Assembly: GCA_963772365.1 (NCBI GenBank)
Contig: CAVYXA010000001.1
Coordinates: forward strand, 928,001-992,000
Direction: 5' to 3'
Source: an uncultured Verrucomicrobiae bacterium
Lineage (GTDB): Bacteria > Verrucomicrobiota > Verrucomicrobiia > Chthoniobacterales > UBA10450
Length of the DNA: 64,000 nucleotides
The position numbers were made by a program, and so were the translations under genes. The notes below the pieces were generated by a model. That model made no database searches. It was not told where the DNA came from and saw nothing but the letters and a program-made list of their open reading frames with translations. Shown piece by piece: positions 29,380 through 38,021 of the stretch (positions within the stretch are counted from its first letter, which is position 1; the number at the start of each line of letters is the position of its first letter).

Positions 29380-30227
29380 TCAGAAGTTGATCCCGATTTT
29401 CAGCCGCACGACTTGGCGGGTTTCTTCGGCAAAAGTCTGACCGTCGTCAGGCTCATCCACTCCCTTGCCATAAACCTGATAATTCCAGCTCAGCGTGGCC
29501 CACCAGCGCTGTTGTGAGTAATGGATACTCGGGCCGACATAGAAAACACGATGCTCGAAATTGTAAAGATCGAACTGTGGATATTCCCATCGTGTATGAA
29601 TCTCCGCTCCCGCGAACCAGTTTGGCGCAAATCGATAGGCAACCCCGGCCGCCCCTTCAAACGAAACCTCCTTTGGATATTGTTCGGCTGGTTGCTTACC
29701 CCAGGCCCATTCCACTCCAAGATCGAAAACGCAAGTCAGCGTGTCATCGAAGAAATCTTTTTGAAAATCGATCTCTGGTTTCACGTACCGTTCGTGCTGC
29801 TTCAATCCATCGACTTCGTCGCGCAGCAAATAACCGGCTTCGAGTCGCAACGCGATTCCGACCGGATCCTTGAACGGGCTCAATACTCGGTACTTGCCTG
29901 ACGCGGCGACCCCACCAAACCGAAAGTAGTTTCTGTCTACCAGCGCGTCTCGATCGCCAGTAACTTCATGATTATAAAAGTAATGTTGGTCCAGCGAGAT
30001 GCTCGCCTGAAAACAATCGATAAAACCGTACTCGTGTACTCGCTCTCGAAATGCCACCCCAGATACGTGCCCTGGCTCTTGCCTTCGTTTAGCGTAACAA
30101 ATTGGTAAATCTCGGACCGCTGAGCGGGAAGAGTTTCCGCGCCGCGCGCAAATCCGAACAGTTGCTCGTCCGCTTGCGCAATTGAGATGAAAAGAAAAAG
30201 CGGGAGCGCAAATCGCAAAATCTTCAT
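29380..30227 (-). CDS. Outer-membrane beta-barrel protein (DUF6662-like), 2-bp insertion near 30035
   Basis: Signal MKILRFALPLFLFISIAQA, GAETLP; EYEYG is disrupted by an extra AC; C-terminal RLKIGINF barrel signature. Confidence 0.75.
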
Positions 30228-30352
30228 CCATCTATCTTAAACATGCCGCTGCCGTTCCCGCTGCCGGACGGTTGCCATTTTTTAGCGCGGAATTGCAGAG
30301 CAACCGACCGCGCAAAGGACAACGCGCCATCAATGAGAGTGGCGCAACGCGA

Positions 30353-31813
30353 TCAGGCTTGTTTCGGTTTGAGCAAGGGAAACAAAATCACGTCCCGGAT
30401 AGATTCTGCCCCGGTGAGCAGCATCGTCAATCGATCGACGCCGATGCCGACCCCGCCAGCCGGCGGCATCCCGTGCTCGAGCGCGAGCAGAAATTCTTCG
30501 TCGATCTTTTGAGTCTCTTCACCGGCTTGCTCGAGCAAACGCTGACGCTGCACACCTGGGTCGTTCAATTCGCTATAGCCGGGCGCGATTTCCTGTCCGT
30601 TGATGATCAGCTCGAAAACATCGACAAGCGAATCGTCGTCGGCATTCTGTTTGGCCAGCGGCACCAGTTCTTTCGGAGTGTGAGTAACGAAAAGCGGATC
30701 AAACGTTTTCTCTTCAATCAGTTTCTCAAAAACATGCTGGGTGACTTCGAAATCGGCCAGTTGCGGCAGGATTTCTAATTTGAATTGCTCGGATGCGCGT
30801 TGACGCCGTTGCTCACTCGTAATTTCAAACCAATCATTACCCGCGACTTCACGGACAAGATCGCCGTAGCGGCCGCGTCGCCAGGGTCGCTTCAAATCAA
30901 TCGTGCGAACGACATTGCCATCGGCGTCTCGATGCTCGATTTGCAACGAGCCGCAAATCTTCTCGGCCAGATGACAGATCAATTCCTCGACGAGGTCGGC
31001 GATTTTTTCGAAATCGGCATAAGCCCAGTAGGCTTCGAGCATGGTGAACTCGGGATTGTGTTTCCGGGAGATCCCTTCGTTTCGAAAATTGCGATTGATC
31101 TCGAACACCTTGTTGAACCCGCCCACGAGCAAACGTTTCAAGTAAAGCTCCGGCGCAATCCGCATATACAGATCGATCCCGAGCGCTTTGTGATGGGTCT
31201 TGAACGGTTCGGCCGCGGCGCCTCCGGCAATTGTTTGGAGCATCGGCGTTTCCACTTCCAGAAAACCGCGATCTTCGAAAAAGCGGCGGGCCTCCCGCAC
31301 CATTGCGATCCGCTTTAAAAAGATCTCGCGCGATTGCTCGTTGGAAATAAGATCGAGATAGCGTTGCCGGTAACGCGCCTCGACGTCCTGCAAGCCATGC
31401 CATTTTTCGGGCAATGGCCGCACGGCTTTCGCCAATACCTGAAGCTTTTTCACCTTCAATGTCGGCTCGCCGGTTTTGGTCAAAAAACATTCACCCTCGA
31501 TGCCGATGAAATCGCCCAGATCGAGCAGTTGAAACAGTTCCATAGTTTCGGCGCCAATCTCTTTTGGGTGCAGGTAAATCTGGATTCGCCCCGTCACGTC
31601 CCGAAGATCGACAAAGTGACTCTTGCCCATGTCCCGATGCGCGGTGATCCGGCCTGCCACGCGCAAAATTTCGCCTTCTTGAAATTTCTCTCGCATCTGC
31701 GCGATCGATCCGCCCGGCTCGATAGCGCTGGCGCCGAACGGTGCGACCCCTCGTTCCCTTAAAGCGTCGATTTTCCTGCGACGCAGCGCGATCAATTCAT
31801 TTTCGTCGTCCAT
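30353..31813 (-). CDS. lysS: Lysine--tRNA ligase (class II)
   Basis: YRQRYLDL, GGAAAEPF, RIAPELYLKRL, FRNEG, HNPEFTMLE, GIGVDRL; start at MDDENEL. Confidence 0.97.
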   Translation of the reverse strand: MDDENELIALRRRKIDALRERGVAPFGASAIEPGGSIAQMREKFQEGEILRVAGRITAHRDMGKSHFVDLRDVTGRIQIYLHPKEIGAETMELFQLLDLGDFIGIEGECFLTKTGEPTLKVKKLQVLAKAVRPLPEKWHGLQDVEARYRQRYLDLISNEQSREIFLKRIAMVREARRFFEDRGFLEVETPMLQTIAGGAAAEPFKTHHKALGIDLYMRIAPELYLKRLLVGGFNKVFEINRNFRNEGISRKHNPEFTMLEAYWAYADFEKIADLVEELICHLAEKICGSLQIEHRDADGNVVRTIDLKRPWRRGRYGDLVREVAGNDWFEITSEQRRQRASEQFKLEILPQLADFEVTQHVFEKLIEEKTFDPLFVTHTPKELVPLAKQNADDDSLVDVFELIINGQEIAPGYSELNDPGVQRQRLLEQAGEETQKIDEEFLLALEHGMPPAGGVGIGVDRLTMLLTGAESIRDVILFPLLKPKQA

Positions 31814-31939
31814 CTTTAGCGAGCGAATGTAAAAGCGGAGCGCGAAAATGAACAGCCCGAACGCCGAAGAAACTTTGTCGCTGCGATTCCAGCAGAAATC
31901 GAGGATCGACAATTGCGCTACCGACAAATCGGCTTGCGC

Positions 31940-32443
31940 CGCTGAAACGATCACTGATTCATTCCGCATGCCTCGGATTCATCGGCTGGATCTTCTTAGG
32001 CCAATTCTGTGCCGTACGTGCGCAGCTGGTGGAAACACCGACGACCGAGGACCGTATTTGGCTGGGGATCAAACGAAGCGCGCATTGAGTCAGGGTTGCT
32101 CCGGGGCGCCAGGCAAATCAAAACTTTCCCAGTGGCAATTGGCCGGCCCGGCGGGGAGACACCGCTTGGTACGTTTCACATTCTCCAAATGCAAAAGGAT
32201 CCGACGTGGAAGCATCCATTGACCAGCGAGATTTTCCGCCCGGGCGATGACAGCAATGAGCTTGGGCGTTATTGGATTGGCTTCTCAACGACCAGAAAGG
32301 GTGCGATTGGATTTCACGACACGCCACATCCTGAAACAGTCGGCAAACCGGTGACGCACGGCTGCGTCTGAATGTTCGAGCCTGATATCGCGGAATTATT
32401 TCGACAAGTCCACATCGGCACGCTCGTCACTGTCACTCCGTAA
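31940..32443 (+). pseudogene. L,D-transpeptidase (YkuD family) pseudogene
   Basis: FPVAIG..ETPLG..GFHDT..THGCV[TGA]MFEPDIAELF..GTLVTVTP; a second TGA in IKRSAH* plus a frameshift; 5' end approximate. Confidence 0.75.
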
Positions 32444-32510
32444 TTCCCGCCGCGAATGCACAGGACATGATTGTCGATCTTGCGTGATGAGCGCGTTGTC
32501 GATTTTCAGC

Positions 32511-34502
32511 TCACCGCAACGCCTCCACCGGGTCGGGCGGATGAACCAGCTCGGGCGGCGGCGGATTCGATTTCAGATAATCATCCACCGCGTCTTTCGT
32601 TGCCTGGTCGATGTTTTTGCTGGCATCTCTTTCGGTAGCGTGCGCCTCATCGGCAGCTTTCTCGGCTTTGTAGAGATCAGTCATCGCCTGCTTGCCGTCA
32701 TCGGTCTTATTGAAGTCCTGTTTGAAATTGTTTTCCAGTTTCTTCAACTCGTTGTCGAGTTTGTTGAACGCGTCCTTGTCCGCGTCGGTCGCGCCGGCAG
32801 CCTTGGCCTTTTTCTCAGCGTCATCGCGCTGTGTTTTCAAGTCGTTGTAGCTCTTCTTCCCGCTCAGGAAATCCTGAAACTTTTTGTTGTAATCGTCGTT
32901 GGCGTCGGCCTTCGCGTCATCGGCCCAGCCGGCCTTGAATTTTTTCTGCAGCCAATCAGCAAACGGATATTCCTTAACGAACTCGTCCCACCAATCGAAT
33001 CGATAAACGTAACCCTTTTTCTTTTTGTCTTTCTTGTCTTTTTTTTTCTTCTTCTCCTGCGTTTGCGGCCCAGGCGTCGGCGTATCGTTTGAAATGTTGA
33101 CGCTGTTCCCCGCGATCATTTCCTCTTCTTCCGGCTCCTCCAGTTCCTTGGCTTTGGAGCTGGTCAACTCCACTTTTTCGAAAATCGTGTCGATCCCCTG
33201 ATCGACCTTCTTTTTGGTTGCCCGGCTCATTGGCCCCTGTTTTTCAACCTGTTTATAAACAACCTGTTTGAGCTCATCTTTTGTGGCCGGTTTTGCGCCG
33301 GTGATGCCGCAAATCTCCGGGTCGCCCCACACGCTCCACTGGATCACGATGTCTTTTTGCTTTTGCTTGTCGCGATAAGGCATGTCCTTCAGCTTGCCTT
33401 CTTTCTGCAATTCATCGGCGGCATCGTATTTCGAACTGGCCAGGGTCAGCATCGTGTTCGCGTCCTGGGCCGGCAGATGCGAGCCGGGCATCTGCAGTTG
33501 CGGATTGCCTTCGTTGATAACCAAATCGCCGGTGACTCCATTGCCCACCGGCGGTTTGCTTCGGTCGAGACATACGCCTTCAATTGGCACCGTGAAGCTT
33601 TGTTTCGGGCCGAGCACCATTGGTTGCTCGCTTGGGCAGGCGTAATGCTGATTTTTTCCGCTGCTCGACTCCAGAACCATCGGCGGAATCATAAAACTCA
33701 CCGGCTGCGCAGTTTGATTTTGGATCAGGCAATTAGCTACGGGACCGATGGTTTGCCCAGTGCCGGCAATCTCGACCGCCAGTTTGTTCCGCAGAATGAG
33801 AGAGGAGATCGTATTCCCAGGCTCTCCGTCTGATGGTGTCGAGGTCGCGCTTGGAAAAGCCTGCAGTTTTGATCCCCATTTGGTTTGCAAATCGTCCAAC
33901 GTGGGGCCGAGCTTTGGGTACCTCGTTGGGTCGGCGCCTAAAGAATGGTCCGTCCACTCCACTTTTTTGGGATCCCAAACGTGATTTTTCCAGTTATCTC
34001 TCTTGCCGTCTTCCCACCCGTCGTAGCCGTAGATTATTCCGCCCAAGATATCTTTCCCGTTCGGGCCGTAGCTTTCGACACGCTGATGAAGCAGGGCGCC
34101 ATCTTCCGTCGAATAGGTAGCTTCAGTCTTTGAGCTGAGCGTTCCGTTCTTTCGGTAAGTATAGGTGCTGACGGTCGTCCGCTTCGTGTTGGGATTGCGT
34201 TCGACGAACACAACCCTCGCGGGTCTTTCGCCTTTCTTCGTGAATCGGACCCACTCGACTTTTGTGATGTTGCCGTCCTTGTCTCGAGTCGTGCGTTTCT
34301 CACCGTCGCCGTTAAACGGGCCCTCGAAAATTTTGTAGAAGGAAACTTTCTCGGTCGTGATTGTGCCGCCATCCGGATTTTTTTTGACGATTGGAGCGTC
34401 GGCATGAATTGGCGGCGCAACGCAAAACCAAACCAGAACTGCAAAGGCTGGCACGGCCTTGCACGACATCCGCAGTCGAAAGCGATTTCTCAGGTGGCGC
34501 AT
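32511..34502 (-). CDS. Secreted hypothetical protein: YD/MORN-like beta repeats, shared Cys/QWSVW domain, Lys-rich helical tail
   Basis: 663-aa ORF; signal-like AVLVWFCVAPPIHA-D; central domain paralogous to the C-terminal half of 34537..36036. Confidence 0.8.
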   Translation of the reverse strand: MRHLRNRFRLRMSCKAVPAFAVLVWFCVAPPIHADAPIVKKNPDGGTITTEKVSFYKIFEGPFNGDGEKRTTRDKDGNITKVEWVRFTKKGERPARVVFVERNPNTKRTTVSTYTYRKNGTLSSKTEATYSTEDGALLHQRVESYGPNGKDILGGIIYGYDGWEDGKRDNWKNHVWDPKKVEWTDHSLGADPTRYPKLGPTLDDLQTKWGSKLQAFPSATSTPSDGEPGNTISSLILRNKLAVEIAGTGQTIGPVANCLIQNQTAQPVSFMIPPMVLESSSGKNQHYACPSEQPMVLGPKQSFTVPIEGVCLDRSKPPVGNGVTGDLVINEGNPQLQMPGSHLPAQDANTMLTLASSKYDAADELQKEGKLKDMPYRDKQKQKDIVIQWSVWGDPEICGITGAKPATKDELKQVVYKQVEKQGPMSRATKKKVDQGIDTIFEKVELTSSKAKELEEPEEEEMIAGNSVNISNDTPTPGPQTQEKKKKKDKKDKKKKGYVYRFDWWDEFVKEYPFADWLQKKFKAGWADDAKADANDDYNKKFQDFLSGKKSYNDLKTQRDDAEKKAKAAGATDADKDAFNKLDNELKKLENNFKQDFNKTDDGKQAMTDLYKAEKAADEAHATERDASKNIDQATKDAVDDYLKSNPPPPELVHPPDPVEALR

Positions 34503-34536
34503 CTGTTGTTTTACTTTTTAGGAGAATGAAACGGTC

Positions 34537-36036
34537 TCACGGCGACGGAGTCGGGCTGGGACTTTCTTCCGGCGGCGATTGTTCGGCTTTGGCTTTCTCG
34601 CCGGTCAACTCGACGCTGGCAAACGGATCGGGTTTTTCCAATTCTTTCGCTTTTGCCGAAGTGAGCTCGATCTTGTCCCAAATCGTATCGATTCCATTGT
34701 CGATCTTCTTTTTCGTCTGCGACTTCATCTTGCCCTTTTCTTCCTTCTGCCGATAAACCACCTGCTTCAGATCATCCTTTTTTGCTGGAGGATCACCGGT
34801 GATTTCGGAAATTTTTGGATCGCTCCAAACGCTCCATTGCACCGCAATTTCGATCTGTTTCTTTTTATTGGGATACGGGAAACCCTTGAACTCGCGATCC
34901 TTCACCAGCGTTTCGGCCGCTCGATATTTCGAGTCGGTAATCTGAAGCAAATCTCTGGCTTGTTTCGGCGAGAAGCGGGCTTCCGGATATTTCGGGATAG
35001 TACTGTCACCCGTATTGATAAAAAGCTCTCCGGCAACATGGTCGCCGGCGGGTGGCTTCCCTCGTTCCAAGCAGACGCCCGTCACTGGTATACTCAGGGT
35101 TTCCTGTGGCCCTAACGAAACCTCCTGCTGCCTGGGAGAGGCATAATCCTGCGTTTTACCATTTGCCGACTCAAGGATGAATGGGGGCACGAGAAACTTC
35201 AGCGGCTCATTGGTCAGATTTTGGAAATTAAAATCTGCGATGTGTTCTATTGTGTCGCCTGTGCCCGTGATCTCAGTTTTGATCTTTTCCGGGCGCCCGC
35301 CAGTGCCCGAAAGAACATCGACCGGCCGGCTGGTAATAAAAAGGATCAGGTTCTGCTTTGGCTTGTTGCGCGGAGAAAACAATCCACTCAACACCGGAAT
35401 CTGACCAAGCGCTGGAACAGTGCTCGTCTCGTTGCCTTCAACTGTTTTCAATGGCTGCGGAAACACCGAGCCGTTCTCGGACCGAATTTTGGGATCGATC
35501 TTGATGAGGATGTCGCCGTTCGGCGCGAGAGTTGGTGTGGTTGTCAGGATCAAATTGCCTTGTGGAAATACAACCGAAGGATCGAGGTAAAAATTCGTCT
35601 CCTGCTCGCTCGGAGCCAGTATCGCAGGTTGCTCGAAAATCTTGGCGCCTTTTTCGCGATCCAGAACATGCAGAATCGCCTTGAATTGCTGATCGGTGAT
35701 GAGTCCGGACAGGTTGATGCTACCGGGAATCTGATCCGGCGGGAAGAGTCGTTGCCTAACTGTTTCAGCCGACGGAGAGGGTCCAAGACCCAAGATGCCG
35801 TCTTCCGGCGACGGCAATTTCGCCGCATCGGCTGGCAACTTCGACAGAACATCGGCAATGCGATTGTCGATGCCTAATTCGCGAGACAGGGTTCGGCTTA
35901 CCTCGGCGACCTTTACTTCAATTAAAACTTGGCGGGTCAAAACTTCCGCCCGAACCAATCCACCAGCCGAAATGGCGCAGAGACCCGCAGTCAGGAATGC
36001 CCAACTTCTCCGCTTCGAACCAATCAATCCAGCCAT
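34537..36036 (-). CDS. Secreted protein: reduced secretin-like domain fused to the shared Cys/QWSVW domain
   Basis: QVLIEVKVAEVSR..RELGI, LITDQQFKAIL, LTTTPTL..GDILIKIDP, VPALGQIPVLSGLF, NLILFITSRPV. Confidence 0.78.
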   Translation of the reverse strand: MAGLIGSKRRSWAFLTAGLCAISAGGLVRAEVLTRQVLIEVKVAEVSRTLSRELGIDNRIADVLSKLPADAAKLPSPEDGILGLGPSPSAETVRQRLFPPDQIPGSINLSGLITDQQFKAILHVLDREKGAKIFEQPAILAPSEQETNFYLDPSVVFPQGNLILTTTPTLAPNGDILIKIDPKIRSENGSVFPQPLKTVEGNETSTVPALGQIPVLSGLFSPRNKPKQNLILFITSRPVDVLSGTGGRPEKIKTEITGTGDTIEHIADFNFQNLTNEPLKFLVPPFILESANGKTQDYASPRQQEVSLGPQETLSIPVTGVCLERGKPPAGDHVAGELFINTGDSTIPKYPEARFSPKQARDLLQITDSKYRAAETLVKDREFKGFPYPNKKKQIEIAVQWSVWSDPKISEITGDPPAKKDDLKQVVYRQKEEKGKMKSQTKKKIDNGIDTIWDKIELTSAKAKELEKPDPFASVELTGEKAKAEQSPPEESPSPTPSP

Positions 36037-36053
36037 CGCAAGACTTAAGGGAA

Positions 36054-36491
36054 TTACGGGTTCGACGCCGCTTTAGCCGGTTTTTCCTCTTTCGCATCGC
36101 TTCCAGTCAAGCGTACGTCACTGAACAGGCTGGTCGTTGAAATCTCTTCCTTCGGTTTCGAAAATTTCGCCTTCTCCTGCGTGTGCGCAACCGGCTCGTC
36201 ATTGGCGACGGCAAACGGATCGGCCTCACGTTTGCGGTGGCCGATACCGCCAAGATCGACATTCACGCCTACCCCTACGCTGGTGTGACCCTCATGATGT
36301 TCCCCTCGCTTTCCACTGTGATGCGATTCATTTCTTTCGCCCTTTTCGCCCTTGAAGCTCTTGCCGCCTCCACCGCCGCCGCACGTGCAGGGCGAACATC
36401 TACAGGGATTGCAAGGACAGGCTGAGGCCGTGATGACAGTGGAAATTGAGACCAGCCCGATCAGTGCGAAGAAAAGAATGGGAGTTTTCAT
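36054..36491 (-). CDS. Small secreted Cys- and His-rich protein
   Basis: Signal MKTPILFFALIGLVSISTVITASA, then CPCNPCRCSPCTC, poly-Gly and SHHSGKRGEHHEGH; ATGA overlap with upstream gene. Confidence 0.75.
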   Translation of the reverse strand: MKTPILFFALIGLVSISTVITASACPCNPCRCSPCTCGGGGGGKSFKGEKGERNESHHSGKRGEHHEGHTSVGVGVNVDLGGIGHRKREADPFAVANDEPVAHTQEKAKFSKPKEEISTTSLFSDVRLTGSDAKEEKPAKAASNP

Positions 36492-37018
36492 TTTGCAATA
36501 GAAGTAAGTCGGAGAACGAACACCTGACCGCTCGGAAGCGTGATCTGAAGGCGCTTATCGGATGTGAAAATCTCCTTCGGCCAATCGGCCTTGGTATACG
36601 CGTAATTTCCATGCGGGCCGAAAATCTTGTTCAAATTGATGCCCACGCCCGATGCATGCACTCCGGACGAATCGCCGTAGCCACCTACCGAAATCGGCAG
36701 GCCGGTGTTTTCTTCGTGCCCAACTTTTCGATCTTCGCGAAACACTGGTTTGATTGCGGCGCCGGTCGCATCGATTAAAGCAATCGCCCGCGGCTTGATT
36801 AGCTTCAGGTTTGCGTCCGAGACGCGAATGATCAGACGCGTATTTTGCGGTTTAGCCTGATGCAGCGTGTCGCCAATCGTCTCAATGGTGTAAGCGCCGC
36901 TTTTTGTCGTCTGATGCATAGGCGTGAGCGGGCCGCTCTTCCGCGGTCCCGCTTCGACCTGAAAGTCGACGACCAGACCAAGAAGCGGCAGTGCAATGGC
37001 AATGATTACTTTTTTCAT
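36488..37018 (-). CDS. Secreted hypothetical protein
   Basis: Signal MKKVIIAIALPLLGLVVDFQVEA; AGGAG RBS. Confidence 0.75.
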   Translation of the reverse strand: MKKVIIAIALPLLGLVVDFQVEAGPRKSGPLTPMHQTTKSGAYTIETIGDTLHQAKPQNTRLIIRVSDANLKLIKPRAIALIDATGAAIKPVFREDRKVGHEENTGLPISVGGYGDSSGVHASGVGINLNKIFGPHGNYAYTKADWPKEIFTSDKRLQITLPSGQVFVLRLTSIAK

Positions 37019-37169
37019 AAACATTTCTCCTGAACCAGCCATGTTGGTCAACGCACTGATCCCAGTCGCCCCTGTTGGATAGGTGGCAGGTCGTGAAACT
37101 CAGGTTAGCGAAAGCCTCGCTAACTTGTAAAGCCCGAAAAACTTAAGCGCTCTTTCCTCGCTTGCTGCG

Positions 37170-37856
37170 ATGTCATGGATAATGGAGCCCAAAGCGGATG
37201 CACCATTTGAGCCGCGCAGTGATGAGCTGGACGATCTCCTGATTTTTGGCGGCCCGGAAACGCGCCGGCAGTTTATCAAGCAAGTCGCGGGAACCGGTGT
37301 GGCGATCACGATCGGGCCGGCTTTATTGAACGCCGCAACTCTAATGGTCGACGAAACTTCTGTTGCATCAGGCCCGGGATCGAGCACCGATTCCATTAAG
37401 GTGAAGCTGAACATCAACGGTAAAGAACACCAGGTCGATGTCGATCCTAGGACGACATTGCTCGACACCCTGCGCGAACGACTGCAACTGACGGGCTCGA
37501 AAAAGGGATGCGATCACGGACAGTGCGGCGCCTGCACGGTGTTGATTAACGGCCGACGAGTGAATTCGTGTCTGACATTCGCGGTGATGCACGAAGGCGA
37601 CGAGATCACCACGATCGAAGGTCTGGCCAATGGTAACGACCTGCATCCGATGCAGGCGGCATTTGTCAAGCACGACGGATTTCAGTGCGGTTACTGCACC
37701 CCCGGCCAGATTTGTTCGGCCGTTGCCTGCGTGAAAGAAGGGCACGCGAACAGCGACGAGGAAATTCGCGAATGGATGAGCGGCAACATCTGCCGGTGCG
37801 GCGCGTACACAAACATTCTGGCCGCGATTAAAGAAGCGAAGTCAAAAATCATCTGA
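37170..37856 (+). CDS. paoA: Aldehyde oxidoreductase 2Fe-2S subunit (PaoA/YagT-like) with Tat motif
   Basis: TRRQFIK; GCDHGQCGACT; QCGYCTPG; NICRCG. Confidence 0.88.
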   Translation: MSWIMEPKADAPFEPRSDELDDLLIFGGPETRRQFIKQVAGTGVAITIGPALLNAATLMVDETSVASGPGSSTDSIKVKLNINGKEHQVDVDPRTTLLDTLRERLQLTGSKKGCDHGQCGACTVLINGRRVNSCLTFAVMHEGDEITTIEGLANGNDLHPMQAAFVKHDGFQCGYCTPGQICSAVACVKEGHANSDEEIREWMSGNICRCGAYTNILAAIKEAKSKII

Positions 37857-37896
37857 CAGAATGATCAACAGCAAGCGATCGAGAAGCCATGTCCAC

Positions 37897-38006
37897 AAAG
37901 CGACACGAGGACGCGCCGCACTCCTAAAGCTTCGCGAAAGGAATGGAAGACGTGTGGTGTTTCGGGCGAAGCCCTTTCGGAGTGCGATGCGTCCTCGCAT
38001 CGCTTT
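37897..38006. repeat. Intergenic palindromic REP-like doublet (AAAGCG..GCACTCC / GGAGTGC..CGCTTT family)
   Basis: Inverted arms; the 18-mer GCGTCCTCGCATCGCTTT recurs inside the mocA-like gene, ending at 42729. Confidence 0.8.
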
Positions 38007-38021
38007 TGCATCCTTGCTCGC

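Noticed and set aside
30236..30290. Possible small Gly/Cys peptide gene upstream of the flavinylation cluster
   Set aside because: No frame gave a credible ORF with the expected terminal GCGC-type motif.
32369..32371. TGA in HGCV*M as selenocysteine or recoded stop
   Set aside because: The position corresponds to Arg, not Cys; the gene has other lesions; TGA is used as a normal stop throughout the window.
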